A DNA stretch of 35,739 nt. Source: a virus (Duplodnaviria > Heunggongvirae > Uroviricota > Caudoviricetes). This document shows, one piece after another, positions 1-10,064 of this stretch. The first letter of the stretch is position 1. Each line of letters opens with the position of its first letter. Location: the IMG/VR virus record IMGVR_UViG_3300022758_000287, one strand, 5' to 3'. A program made the translations under genes and the position numbers. The notes beneath the pieces are model-generated. The model did not search any database and was not told where the DNA came from. It saw nothing but the letters and a program-made list of their open reading frames with translations.

Positions 1-36
1 GGATTCTGCCGTTTTTAACAATGCAGGATTAATAAG

Positions 37-328
37 ATGAAAAATGTTGTTTCTGCCGCTCTGGCCAATGCTTATTACAGGATGTGCTACAACAGACGTT
101 TACTGTTGGAAACAAACCTACAGCAGTAACACCAAGGAAACCATCACCCATCATTTCTTCGTTTCGGGAATTGGGCAGAAGAAAACTGTCGATGCAGCAA
201 AAATTTGTGGTGGTGCAGAAAATGTTGTTAAAACAGAAACCCAGCAACATTCGTAAATGGATTGCTCGGTTTTATTACTTTTAGGCATTTATACTCCGCT
301 GGAAGCGCGTGTGTATTGCTCACAATAA
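37..328 (+). pseudogene. bor: bor (serum-resistance lipoprotein) homolog, disrupted by multiple frameshifts
   Basis: Bor/BorD-like peptides (ITGCA, QQTFTVGNKPTAVTP, KETITHHFFVSGIGQKKTVDAAKICGGAENVVKTETQQ, TFVNGLLGFIT) are spread over all three plus-strand frames. Confidence 0.8.
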
Positions 329-359
329 TTGCATGAGTTGCCCATCGATATGGGCAGCT

Positions 360-821
360 CTATCTGCACTGCTCATTAATATACTTCTGGGTTCCTTCCA
401 GTTGTTTTTGCATAGTGATCAGCCTCTCTCTGAGGGTGAAATAATCCCGTTCAGCGGTGTCTGCCAGTCGGGGGGAGGCTGCATTATCCACGCCGGAGGC
501 GGTGGTGGCTTCACGCACTGACTGACAGACTGCTTTGATGTGCAACCGACGACGACCAGCGGCAACATCATCACGCAGAGCATCATTTTCAGCTTTCGCA
601 TCAGCTAACTCCTTCGTGTATTTTGCATCGAGCGCAGCAACATCACGCTGACGCATCTGTATGTCAGTAATTGCCGCGTTCGCCAGCGTCAGTTCTCTGG
701 CATTTTTGTCGCGCTGGGCTTTGTAGGTAATGGCGTTATCACGGTAATGATTAACAGCCCATGACAGGCAGACGATGATGCAGATAACCAGAGCGGAGAT
801 AATCGCGGTTACTCTGTTCAT
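360..821 (-). CDS. Rz: Rz i-spanin
   Basis: Near-identical to remembered lambda Rz; start at MNRVTAI overlaps the R stop. Confidence 0.9.
   Translation of the reverse strand: MNRVTAIISALVICIIVCLSWAVNHYRDNAITYKAQRDKNARELTLANAAITDIQMRQRDVAALDAKYTKELADAKAENDALRDDVAAGRRRLHIKAVCQSVREATTASGVDNAASPRLADTAERDYFTLRERLITMQKQLEGTQKYINEQCR
419..601 (-). CDS. Rz1: Rz1 o-spanin lipoprotein, embedded in Rz in the +1 frame
   Basis: 60 aa with a lipobox (VVGC) and proline-rich stretch, matching lambda Rz1. Confidence 0.85.
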   Translation of the reverse strand: MRKLKMMLCVMMLPLVVVGCTSKQSVSQCVKPPPPPAWIMQPPPDWQTPLNGIISPSERG

Positions 822-1315
822 TGCTGACCCCACAAACAGATTTCACGCTCAATCTCACGACGAGTCATGAGACCTTTCCATTGCTTACCGCCAGCATATG
901 TCCAGCGACGTAGCTGATCACATGCGCCTTTGATATCGCCCTGGTTTATTTTGCGAAGAAGCGTCGATGTTCTGAAATTGCCAGCACCCACGTTGTAAAC
1001 GAATGAGTAAAGAGCGCCGCGCATTGTTTCCGGTATATCGACTTTGATGTACGGGTTAATTTGTCTGGCGACCGTGGCAAGGTCTTTATTCAGGAGGGCT
1101 TTGCATTCTGCTTTGGTATACGTTTTACCGAGCATGATGTCTTTTCCTGTATGCCCGTGACATACAGTCCATACACCAACAATATCTTTGTATGGTATGT
1201 AGCTGACACCTTCCAGACCATCGTTACCACTTGGGCCAGTGATTAACACTGATGCTATAGCAATTGCTCCGCCACCAATAGCAGCAGCAACGGCTTTTCG
1301 TAATGATGGAGGCAT
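818..1315 (-). CDS. R: SAR endolysin (phage-21 R / RrrD type lysozyme)
   Basis: N-terminal Gly/Ala-rich SAR segment then lysozyme domain; matches remembered DLP12 RrrD / phage 21 R. Confidence 0.9.
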   Translation of the reverse strand: MPPSLRKAVAAAIGGGAIAIASVLITGPSGNDGLEGVSYIPYKDIVGVWTVCHGHTGKDIMLGKTYTKAECKALLNKDLATVARQINPYIKVDIPETMRGALYSFVYNVGAGNFRTSTLLRKINQGDIKGACDQLRRWTYAGGKQWKGLMTRREIEREICLWGQQ

Positions 1316-1530
1316 TATTCACCTCTCGCAGCCTTGCGCTTATCTTCTTTAATCTTGAAATAAAGGTTTGTCAGGTACGTCAGCAGGCCAAATACCAGGC
1401 TACCCAGCACACCTATTGCCGCCCACTGTGAGGGCGTGACTTTATCGAGCAACTGTAAAAACCAGTACCCGGCACTACCTGCTGAGGTACCATAGGCGAC
1501 ACCCGTTGTTAACTTATCCATGGATTTCAT
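1315..1530 (-). CDS. S: Pinholin, S21 / EssD type, with dual-start motif
   Basis: 71 aa beginning MKSMDKL (Met1 and Met4), two TM segments; matches S21 / EssD. Confidence 0.9.
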
Positions 1531-1660
1531 AACCCCACCTCGCAGACAAAGCGGGTGTAAATTAAGGGGATACTACGTATCGCAATAAAGGCAGAAACGT
1601 AACAGATTCGGAGTCAGTGAATAACTCAGGTATTGGGTTATCAGCTAATATCGAGACTCA

Positions 1661-1695
1661 AAAAATTGGAAAAACCCGCTCGACGGCGGGTTTTA
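1661..1695 (-). terminator. Intrinsic terminator-like hairpin with U-run on the minus strand, upstream of S
   Basis: GC stem aacccgc / gcgggtt followed on the minus strand by a T-rich tract. Confidence 0.4.
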
Positions 1696-2122
1696 AGCTG
1701 TGTGACGAAGTAACCACTCTTAACAGCATAACCAATTTTTTACGTACGTAAACTACTAAATGATATTTGTGAGAATTGCCACCGAGTGTTCAAAACACCA
1801 CCACAAATTGCATAAGAAAACTTCAACAAATAACCAGTTAATAATTTCCGATGTTATTTTTAGTTTGTTTAAATTAAGATAAAGAATTATAGAGCACTTA
1901 TAAATAAGTGCCATTAATATAAATTAGCTAATAGATTTATTTTTGTTCAGACAAGAGCCATGAATAGGATTAGATAGAAAAGGTTCAGATAAAAATAGAG
2001 ATCTACTTCACAAATTAAATGAGAAACTAAAACTTACATCTTGAAATAATCACATTGATTAGATGAATATTTATCGCGCAGTGACATCATTTTTTAATAA
2101 TAGTTCAAAAAAAGGGCGTACA

Positions 2123-3205
2123 ATGAAAAAATTAACAGTGGCAATTTCTGCTGTAGCTGCATCAGTACTGATGGCGATGTCTGCTCAGGCAGCTGAAATT
2201 TATAATAAAGACAGTAACAAGCTGGATCTATACGGGAAAGTTAATGCCAAGCACTACTTCTCCTCTAATGATGCAGATGATGGTGATACTACTTATGCCC
2301 GTCTTGGCTTCAAAGGTGAAACCCAAATCAACGATCAACTGACTGGTTTCGGTCAGTGGGAATATGAATTCAAAGGCAACCGTGCTGAATCTCAAGGTTC
2401 TTCCAAAGACAAAACCCGTCTTGCATTTGCAGGCCTGAAATTTGGTGATTACGGCTCAATCGATTACGGCCGTAACTACGGTGTAGCATACGACATCGGT
2501 GCGTGGACTGACGTTCTGCCAGAATTCGGTGGTGATACCTGGACCCAAACAGATGTGTTCATGACTGGTCGCACTACTGGTGTTGCAACTTATCGTAACA
2601 ACGACTTCTTTGGTCTGGTCGATGGCCTGAACTTTGCTGCTCAGTATCAGGGTAAAAATGACCGCACTGACGTAACTGAAGCCAATGGTGATGGTTTCGG
2701 TTTCTCCACTACTTATGAGTATGAAGGATTCGGCGTGGGTGCAACCTATGCTAAATCAGATCGCACTGACGGTCAGGTCGCCTATGGTAAGAGCAAATTC
2801 AATGCCTCCGGCAAAAATGCGGAAGTATGGGCTGCAGGCCTGAAATATGATGCGAACAATATCTATCTGGCTACCACATATTCTGAAACTCAGAATATGA
2901 CCGTTTTTGGTAATAACCATATTGCAAACAAAGCACAAAACTTTGAAGCAGTAGCACAATATCAGTTTGACTTCGGTCTGCGTCCATCTGTTGCTTACCT
3001 TCAGTCAAAAGGTAAAGACCTTGGTGTTCATGGTGACCGAGACTTAGTCAAGTATGTCGATGTCGGTGCTACTTACTACTTTAATAAAAACATGTCCACT
3101 TTTGTTGATTACAAAATCAACTTAATTGACGATAGTAAGTTTACCAAAACAGCTGGTATTGATACCGACGACATCGTCGCTGTAGGTCTGGTTTATCAGT
3201 TCTAA
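2123..3205 (+). CDS. nmpC: Outer-membrane general porin, NmpC / OmpD type (phage moron between Q and S)
   Basis: 360 aa with signal peptide [23 protein letters not shown] and C-terminal VYQF; same position and opposite orientation as nmpC in DLP12. Confidence 0.9.
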   Translation: MKKLTVAISAVAASVLMAMSAQAAEIYNKDSNKLDLYGKVNAKHYFSSNDADDGDTTYARLGFKGETQINDQLTGFGQWEYEFKGNRAESQGSSKDKTRLAFAGLKFGDYGSIDYGRNYGVAYDIGAWTDVLPEFGGDTWTQTDVFMTGRTTGVATYRNNDFFGLVDGLNFAAQYQGKNDRTDVTEANGDGFGFSTTYEYEGFGVGATYAKSDRTDGQVAYGKSKFNASGKNAEVWAAGLKYDANNIYLATTYSETQNMTVFGNNHIANKAQNFEAVAQYQFDFGLRPSVAYLQSKGKDLGVHGDRDLVKYVDVGATYYFNKNMSTFVDYKINLIDDSKFTKTAGIDTDDIVAVGLVYQF

Positions 3206-3224
3206 TCTGACTTACGAAAAAGAT

Positions 3225-3254
3225 ATGTTGCGGGAGGCTTTGCCTCCGCAACAT
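3225..3254 (-). terminator. Hairpin followed by a U-run on the minus strand; candidate tR'-like late terminator downstream of Q
   Basis: Near-perfect 12-13 bp inverted repeat atgttgcgggagg / cctccgcaacat; plus-strand aaaaa just 5' gives a U-run on the minus strand. Confidence 0.35.
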
Positions 3255-3343
3255 ATAAGTGGAGCCCTCAAGCCACTTCCTTTAGAAGCACTACCTTGCT
3301 TCTTACTATATAAACCTTCTGTTATATATTACCCTTTATTTTG

Positions 3344-3368
3344 GGGGCGTTTCCACGCCCCATTTTTA
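3344..3368 (+). terminator. Intrinsic terminator, likely for nmpC
   Basis: Stem ggggcg / cgcccc with short loop followed by attttt on the plus strand. Confidence 0.5.
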
Positions 3369-3393
3369 ATAACTTTTAGTAAACAATTGCATA

Positions 3394-3777
3394 TCAATTA
3401 GAATTATTAGCAACGATATCCATATCTAACCGGATATCTAATGCCATTAACATCCCTTCAATTATGCCCTCAGCCTTCTGTAACCTTTTCCCGATATAAC
3501 CATCCGAGCAGCAATGCTTACTTGCCAGTGACATGAATGTCATACCACATACATAATAATCTACTAATAAATCGTGTAAATCGCTGTTGTTCTTTTTCAG
3601 ACGGGCCATGCACCCGCAAATGATCATCGCGTCATCGTCACAACATTGCGGGCGAGATTTTACTTTTGAAGGAATTAATCCCTTAAAACCGGCGGCAATG
3701 GACGACCAGGTCACATCTTCATGATTATTAGCCGCCCACGCACCCCAACGCTCAAGAACCATCTGAATATCACGCAT
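3394..3777 (-). CDS. Q: Late-gene antiterminator Q (phage 82 / QuuD type)
   Basis: 127 aa beginning [14 protein letters not shown], matching remembered DLP12 QuuD; Cys-rich zinc-binding region. Confidence 0.9.
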   Translation of the reverse strand: MRDIQMVLERWGAWAANNHEDVTWSSIAAGFKGLIPSKVKSRPQCCDDDAMIICGCMARLKKNNSDLHDLLVDYYVCGMTFMSLASKHCCSDGYIGKRLQKAEGIIEGMLMALDIRLDMDIVANNSN

Positions 3778-3862
3778 CAACTTACTCCACAAAAATCAGA
3801 CCAGAACGCCAATTACAAGCAAAAATCAACAAAACAGTATTAGTTGATTGTTATCTCTGACT

Positions 3863-4003
3863 TCATACTCCTGTTCCTGTCAGGGTTTTGGCGTAATTCT
3901 TCAGTATTCGGTAATCGGTCAAAACAGAACCGAGGAAACGATATAAGCGCAGACGCCCCCAGCGGTGGCGAAGAAGTTCTGCCATATTAAACTCAAACAT
4001 CAT
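3863..4003 (-). CDS. ylcG: Small protein YlcG (DUF3950)
   Basis: 46 aa [23 protein letters not shown]..., start overlaps the rusA stop. Confidence 0.75.
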   Translation of the reverse strand: MMFEFNMAELLRHRWGRLRLYRFLGSVLTDYRILKNYAKTLTGTGV

Positions 4004-4362
4004 TCATTCCCCATTTCGGTGATGGTCAGTTCCAGCCTCCCACCTTTGGTAACAGGCATCTTCACAACGCGGTAATCAACGACCTGAGCATCATCCAGCC
4101 AGAAACCTGCTTTAGTGAGTGCGTCAAAAGCGGCTTTTTGCAGATTATCCAGGTCACGGCGACGGCGATCCGGCATGTGGCACTCAATGCGGATTTTCAC
4201 AGGCATAGCCAGGCCGATATCCAGCATTGCGTTTTTAATGATTCGGGCGACGTTATCGCGGTATGCCTGCCCCTCTGCGCTGACGTGCGTGCGCCCGCGA
4301 TTATGGCGGTAATAGCGATTATTGCTCGGAGGCCAGGGTAATGTGATGCTGTAGGTATTCAC
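4000..4362 (-). CDS. rusA: Holliday junction resolvase RusA
   Basis: 120 aa matching remembered E. coli RusA; apparent GTG start. Confidence 0.9.
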   Translation of the reverse strand: MNTYSITLPWPPSNNRYYRHNRGRTHVSAEGQAYRDNVARIIKNAMLDIGLAMPVKIRIECHMPDRRRRDLDNLQKAAFDALTKAGFWLDDAQVVDYRVVKMPVTKGGRLELTITEMGNE

Positions 4363-4487
4363 GCCTTAATAACCCCCTCTTTCAGCCACATAACCTGTGT
4401 TCTCGCCATACCTTCCAGCGCGCATTCTTTTGCATATGCAGCATCGACTTGCTTGGCATGCCCTTTACCGGCAATCTTCTGTATGCG
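4359..4487 (-). pseudogene. ybcO: 3' remnant of ybcO-like (DUF1364) gene; 5' portion replaced
   Basis: Last ~26 codons (...[26 protein letters not shown]) match YbcO; the frame hits stop codons immediately upstream and no frame encodes the YbcO N-terminus. Confidence 0.5.
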
Positions 4488-4568
4488 CTAAACCTAGATA
4501 GAATCCACTCTGTGCACATTGAAGCCCGCTCTATGCTTTCTTTCAGGTATTGAAGGGATTGAGATGGG

Positions 4569-4871
4569 CTAAGCATTATTGGCCTCCTGCATCAGGAGAA
4601 AGACAATCATGGCGGCGCGGAGAGGTCTGGTATCAAATATTGGGCTTACGCCTTTTGCATCCACACACCATTCAGTTAACTGGTCTAAGATAGAAATCCT
4701 GTATTTCTCAATAATCGGCCATGAAGCGCTCGGATCATTGCAGTAGTCAGGCAAATGATTTAATGGCTCAAAAGTTGTATCAGCATTTCCGTAATACCAT
4801 TTGTTGGTGTTATTCCCTGATGTTTCCGGTTTACTTGCCCAAAGGCCTTTAAAAATTATGTCTCCTACCAT
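4569..4871 (-). CDS. Hypothetical protein (100 aa) between ninE and the ybcO remnant
   Basis: Intact ORF in the nin region; no homolog recognised. Confidence 0.45.
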   Translation of the reverse strand: MVGDIIFKGLWASKPETSGNNTNKWYYGNADTTFEPLNHLPDYCNDPSASWPIIEKYRISILDQLTEWCVDAKGVSPIFDTRPLRAAMIVFLLMQEANNA

Positions 4872-4911
4872 TCTGTTAATTTCAAATCACTTAACTGTGA
4901 ATAATCCATTG

Positions 4912-5088
4912 TCATTTCCTCGCACGATATCTTAGCCACCGGATATCCCACAGGTGGGCTGTGTAATTGAAGGTTTTTACGTCAGATTCTTTTGGGATTA
5001 GCTTGCGTTTATTTCTGGAGCGTTTCGTTGGAAGGTATTTGCAGTTTTCGCAGATTATGTCGGTGATGCTTCGTCGCTGTCGTCTCAT
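4912..5088 (-). CDS. ninE: NinE
   Basis: 58 aa [23 protein letters not shown]... matching lambda NinE; start overlaps the methyltransferase stop. Confidence 0.85.
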   Translation of the reverse strand: MRRQRRSITDIICENCKYLPTKRSRNKRKLIPKESDVKTFNYTAHLWDIRWLRYRARK

Positions 5089-5612
5089 GCAGCCCTCCTG
5101 ACGCCCTGCCCGATCGCCATCAATGCCGCTTTGGATACGGTAGTAAACATCCGTCGAGGACTGATGAACGGTCGCCAAATCAGCAGCATGGAGCCTTTGC
5201 TGTTTCCCTTCTTCTCCAGCCCTGTCGATGGTTCGATAAAATTAATCCGTCCATCAGTGATAATACGAACTTCGTCAACACTCTCCAGAGCCTTGCTGAA
5301 CCATCCGACAGACATATCCTCTGGCACAAGCATCACTACCGTCTGTCGCTGTTGTATACACTGCTCAGCGGCTTTTTCCACCCACGGCCTGATATTGCTG
5401 TACGGTGGGTTATTCCAGATTGCACCGTGGCTTACCCACTCAGAATTGAGCGCGTCGTCGTCCTCAGTTAGCCAGTGAGCGCACAGAGCATTTTTGTCGC
5501 TCGCTGCCGAATCCAGCCAGAATCCAAACTCAATATCCAGTGCATCAAAAAGCCAAAGCGGCGTTTGCCAGCAGTCCTTGTCGTGTGCTGGCGTATTTGA
5601 TTTGATAGTCAT
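5085..5612 (-). CDS. Phage DNA N6-adenine methyltransferase (Dam-like, NPPY motif)
   Basis: 175 aa with NPPY catalytic motif; typical nin-region phage methyltransferase. Confidence 0.8.
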   Translation of the reverse strand: MTIKSNTPAHDKDCWQTPLWLFDALDIEFGFWLDSAASDKNALCAHWLTEDDDALNSEWVSHGAIWNNPPYSNIRPWVEKAAEQCIQQRQTVVMLVPEDMSVGWFSKALESVDEVRIITDGRINFIEPSTGLEKKGNSKGSMLLIWRPFISPRRMFTTVSKAALMAIGQGVRRAA

Positions 5613-6049
5613 GCAGCCCGATCTCCCCATCGCGCTTTCCATTCGAGAGCCAGTCGCGCTTCGTCTGACCACTTAACGCCACGCTCTGTACCGAATGCCT
5701 GTATAAGCTCTAATAGCTCCGCAAATTCGCTTACACGCATCCTGCTGGTTGACTGGCCTATTACCACAAAGCCATTCCCGGCAAGGTTAGGAACAACATC
5801 CTGCTGCTTTAATGCTGCGGTAAACACACACTTCCAGCTTTCTGCATCCAGCCAGCGACCATGCCATTCAACCTGACGAGAGACGTCACCTAAGCAGGCC
5901 CATAGCTTCCTGTTTTGGTCTAAGCTGCGGTTGCGTTCCTGAATGGTTACTACGATTGGTTTGGTTGGGTCTGGAAGGATTTGCTGTACTGCGTGAATAG
6001 CGTTTTGCTGATGTGCCGGAGATCGAATTTCAAAGGTTAGTTTTTTCAT
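5609..6049 (-). CDS. ninB: NinB (Orf family recombination protein)
   Basis: 146 aa near-identical to remembered lambda NinB. Confidence 0.9.
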   Translation of the reverse strand: MKKLTFEIRSPAHQQNAIHAVQQILPDPTKPIVVTIQERNRSLDQNRKLWACLGDVSRQVEWHGRWLDAESWKCVFTAALKQQDVVPNLAGNGFVVIGQSTSRMRVSEFAELLELIQAFGTERGVKWSDEARLALEWKARWGDRAA

Positions 6050-6122
6050 GACTTCCCTCTCCCCCAAATAAAAAGGCCTGCGATTACCTGCAGGCCTGTT
6101 ATTAGCTCAGTGATGTAGATGG

Positions 6123-6413
6123 TCATCTTTTAACTCCATATACCGCCAATATCCGTTTCATCGTGGCACTCTGGCGACACTCCTTAAAAATCAGGTTCGT
6201 GCTCATCTTTCCTTCCCGTTCTTCCTTGGTAGCAAACCGGTAATACACCGTTCGCCAGACCTTACCTTCGATAACCAGAAGACCTGCCCGTGCCATTTTA
6301 GCCGCGGCCTGATTTATGCTGGTTACTGTTGCGCCTGTTAGCGCGGCAACGTCCGGCGCACAGAAGCTATTATGCGTCCCCAGGTAATGAATAATTGCCT
6401 CTTTGCCCGTCAT
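6123..6413 (-). CDS. ren: Ren
   Basis: 96 aa near-identical to lambda Ren. Confidence 0.9.
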   Translation of the reverse strand: MTGKEAIIHYLGTHNSFCAPDVAALTGATVTSINQAAAKMARAGLLVIEGKVWRTVYYRFATKEEREGKMSTNLIFKECRQSATMKRILAVYGVKR

Positions 6414-7111
6414 ACACTTGCTCCTTTCAGTCCTAACTTAGCTTTAATTTCTGCGATCTTCGCCAGCGCCTGAACACGATTTAGAGGTCTGCCGCCCATG
6501 ACAGGAAGTTGTTTTACTGGTTCAGGTATCGTCTCACCACGGTTAATTCGCGCTGTCATACAGGTCAGTTCATCGGCAGCCTTGCGTCGTAATTCCGCGT
6601 CAGTCAGCGCATTGGCCCGCATGTTCTGGTACAGGTTGGTAACCAGCCAGTAGTGCGCGTTCGATTTCCACGGATAAGACTCTGCATCCGGATACAGGCC
6701 TCGCTTCCGGCAATACTCGTAAACCATATCAACCAGCTCGCTGACGTTTGGCAGTCCGGCGATAACGGATGCTTCTTCCCGGCACCATGCAACAAACTGC
6801 CCGGGTGATGGCAGAAATGGTCGATTCTGCCGACGGGCTACGCGCATTCCTGCGTTAACCTGTTCCATTGTGGTGATCCCGTTTTCCCGGAAAGCCAGAA
6901 CCCACTGGCGGCGGATTTCGTTCAGTTCGTTCTGGTCACGGTTAGCCAGACTCGCCGGGAAAGTTGCCAGTAACTGGCTGAACACACCGTTGATGATCTG
7001 CGCTACCTGCTGTACCTGCGGCTTTTCGTCGTACTGTTCCGGCATGTTGTTGGCGATCCGACGCATCTGCTCACGGTCAAAATTAACCATCTGTGCGGCG
7101 ATGTTTTTCAT
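6410..7111 (-). CDS. P: Replication protein P (helicase loader)
   Basis: 233 aa near-identical to lambda P. Confidence 0.95.
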   Translation of the reverse strand: MKNIAAQMVNFDREQMRRIANNMPEQYDEKPQVQQVAQIINGVFSQLLATFPASLANRDQNELNEIRRQWVLAFRENGITTMEQVNAGMRVARRQNRPFLPSPGQFVAWCREEASVIAGLPNVSELVDMVYEYCRKRGLYPDAESYPWKSNAHYWLVTNLYQNMRANALTDAELRRKAADELTCMTARINRGETIPEPVKQLPVMGGRPLNRVQALAKIAEIKAKLGLKGASV

Positions 7112-8008
7112 AAATCCACCCCGTAAATCCAGTCAGTGTTTGTCAGGTCGAGTTTTGGTTTGCAGGCTGTCACACCTGCCTGTTGCTTGTTACGGTTGAT
7201 TTCGAGCTGGGTCCACTTGTCGCGGAGTTTGGCCGGGCTCAGCACGTTACCGGACCAGAAGTTGTCCTGGCATGCCCAGCGGAACAGTACACACATGTCG
7301 CGATGGTTACGTCCGTCACGTTCACGCATCAGGCGGATATCGTTAGCCCACCCTGCAAAATTCGGTTTTCTGGCTGATGGCGCGATGGTCTTCACCATGT
7401 CAAACATCCATTCTGCGGCGGTCAGGTCTTCTGCTGTCCCCCACTTGCTGCCGCTCTGAATTGCAGCATCCGGTTTCACCACAGAAAGGTCGTTTTCTGG
7501 CTGGTCAGAGGATTCGCCAGAATTCTCTGACGAATAATCTTTTCTTTTTTCTTTTGTAATAGTGTCTTTTGTGTCCCCCCTGTTTTGAGGGATAGCAATC
7601 CCCCAATTTGAGGGATGTTTTATCCCTCGTTTTAGGGGATTTTCCCTCGTTTTGAGGGATACACCATTCTGAGATGTTTTTATTTGGTCCAAACATGCCG
7701 CCTTGCTGCTTGATAATATTCATTCTGACGAGTTCTAACTTGGCTTCATTGCACCGTTTGACGGGTAACTTTGTAATCTCGCTAAGTTGAGAATCGGTGA
7801 TTCTGTCCATTGGTTTATTCCATCCATAGGTTTTACGCAGAATGGCAAGCAGCACTTTAAACTGTCGCTTGGTCAGATCTGCGCCTGAATAAGCCTCAAG
7901 CAGCATATTTGATAGTCTGGCGTAACCATCATCGAGATCTGCCACATTACGCTCCTGTTTGGCAAAGTTACCTCTGCAGAAGTTGAGTATTTTTGCTGTA
8001 TTTGTCAT
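7108..8008 (-). CDS. O: Replication initiator O, interrupted by a +1 frameshift inside the ori iteron region
   Basis: N-terminal 140 aa and C-terminal ~150 aa both match lambda O but lie in different frames; switch at the C6 run 7575-7580. Confidence 0.85.
7574..7660. repeat. Replication origin: four iterons (tccct-N-aggga type) inside O, with adjacent AT-rich tract
   Basis: Four ~18-19 bp repeats at 7574-7592, 7598-7616, 7622-7639, 7642-7660; AT-rich run at about 7530-7573. Confidence 0.85.
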
Positions 8009-8040
8009 AATGACTCCTGTGGATTGATCCAGTAATGACC

Positions 8041-8337
8041 TCAGAATTCCATCTGGATTTGTTCAGAACGCTCGGTTGCCGCCGGGCGTTTTTTATTGGT
8101 GAGTCCATCAAGCGCATACTTAAAAGCCCTGCTAATCGGACTGATGTCTGATGCCATTCCGAAAGCACACAAGACCGAAGCAATAAATCTCCAGTCCGTT
8201 CTGCTTATCTTCGATTCATGACAGCCAATCATCTTTGCCAGACCGCGCTGGGTAATAGCTGACAGATTGATAAGTAAATCTGTTTCTGCGCGATCAACGT
8301 CACGCTGTGATAGTTTGCTGTAACTTGTTCTTTCCAT
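8041..8337 (-). CDS. cII: cII transcriptional activator (chimeric: non-lambda N-terminus, lambda-like C-terminus)
   Basis: C-terminal LTNKKRPAATERSEQIQMEF identical to lambda cII; N-terminal HTH region differs. Confidence 0.8.
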   Translation of the reverse strand: MERTSYSKLSQRDVDRAETDLLINLSAITQRGLAKMIGCHESKISRTDWRFIASVLCAFGMASDISPISRAFKYALDGLTNKKRPAATERSEQIQMEF

Positions 8338-8422
8338 TTCTTAAGATTTCCAATAGTGAATAGTTAGTTGAAAGGTATGCGTGGAAACGCATATGGCCTT
8401 AGTTGGTCAGATATCTTGGAAC

Positions 8423-8468
8423 TCGCTTTTCAGCGACGTAGGACGAATGTCCGTTGTTACAAAGAGCG
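8423..8468 (-). promoter_or_regulatory. nutR-like site: boxA (cgctctttg) and boxB hairpin (tcgctgaaaagcga) on the minus strand
   Basis: boxA-like motif 8460-8468 and stem-loop with gaaa loop 8423-8436, between cro and cII. Confidence 0.5.
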
Positions 8469-8512
8469 GATCCGCTTATTAAGCGGCTTTGTGTTCCGGC
8501 GGGAACACGTCA

Positions 8513-8695
8513 TCAAGACTGACTTTTGCGCCTAACTTGTTTTAGGCACGCAACAAGAGCACGGCATGTTTTAAGGTCTGGGAAGCGACGACCAGATTCC
8601 CAATGTCCGATAGCTCCCTGTGTGCATCCAACTGCCTTAGCAAGTGTTGTTTGAGAGATATTCAGTGACTCTCGATATTTTCGTAGGTTGCTCAT
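8513..8695 (-). CDS. cro: Cro-like HTH repressor
   Basis: 60 aa HTH protein with ggaggg RBS, divergent from cI. Confidence 0.75.
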   Translation of the reverse strand: MSNLRKYRESLNISQTTLAKAVGCTQGAIGHWESGRRFPDLKTCRALVACLKQVRRKSQS

Positions 8696-8812
8696 ATGCC
8701 CTCCATAGTAAACACGAATAAAAAAATACAATATGTACTTTGCGAATACAAGTAAAAATACACATTGTGCATGGATGGTTCCAGTACAGAGCGTAATAAT
8801 AAGGACATGAAA
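8696..8812. promoter_or_regulatory. cro-cI intergenic region: presumptive oR operators with divergent pR / pRM
   Basis: AT-rich divergent intergenic region with repeated TACAA / TTGTA half-site-like motifs; exact operators not resolved. Confidence 0.4.
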
Positions 8813-9467
<655 letters not shown>

Positions 9468-9506
9468 TGAAACCACTTTTATCTACAATTTACAGGGCGG
9501 TAAACA

Positions 9507-10064
9507 TTGGCAAAAATAGATGATTATCAGCCAAGCCAAGTAGAAGTTGATAAAGTACTTTATTGTAAAAAAATAGTTAACTTTTCTGGCGTTAAATGGA
9601 AACAGAAACCAAGTCGCTCTGATATGTGGCTACAAGCCCATATCATCCCCTTGGATGAGGATTGTATACCTATACAAGGGCTAAAGTTTGAACTGAAATG
9701 GAAACCAGATCAGGATTCAGAACCTGATGACCCGATTTCTTACCCTAAAATAAATATTATTGCTTTCTATCATAACAAGAGGGTTTTCGCGGTAGATACC
9801 TATCACTTTGACAAACACACGAATAGTTACAAGGTCGATCATCCGAAGTACCAAGATATCATTTACGGTGCTCACTACCATGTATACTATGAAGAAGCTG
9901 GATACTATAGTGATAGAATAGCGTTTCCAATCGAAGATGACATAAACCCAGATGACCTGGTAGGGTATTGGAATTACTTCTGTAAACATCTGAACATAAC
10001 TTACTCTGGGAGAATACCTTTACCGCTTGAAGATGAGTCGGGGCAAATGGGGTTTGGAATATGA
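9507..10064 (+). CDS. Hypothetical protein A (185 aa) in the rexA position
   Basis: AT-rich ORF directly after cI; apparent TTG start, or possibly ATG 9467 overlapping the cI stop if the A5 run 9512-9516 is 1 nt too long; no homolog recognised. Confidence 0.6.
   Translation: MAKIDDYQPSQVEVDKVLYCKKIVNFSGVKWKQKPSRSDMWLQAHIIPLDEDCIPIQGLKFELKWKPDQDSEPDDPISYPKINIIAFYHNKRVFAVDTYHFDKHTNSYKVDHPKYQDIIYGAHYHVYYEEAGYYSDRIAFPIEDDINPDDLVGYWNYFCKHLNITYSGRIPLPLEDESGQMGFGI

Noticed and set aside
3206-3393. Possible tRNA genes between Q and nmpC, where some lambdoid phages carry tRNAs
   Set aside because: No cloverleaf-compatible sequence seen; the region contains only the two hairpins reported as terminators.
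4382-4576. 64-aa minus-strand ORF ([24 protein letters not shown]...)
   Set aside because: It overlaps the ybcO remnant in another frame and has no recognisable product; more likely a by-product of the mosaic junction.
7108-8008. Two separate overlapping genes in place of O (ORFs 7505-8008 and 7108-7692)
   Set aside because: Both halves match a single lambda O protein; the split is explained by one extra base in a homopolymer, so I call one interrupted gene.
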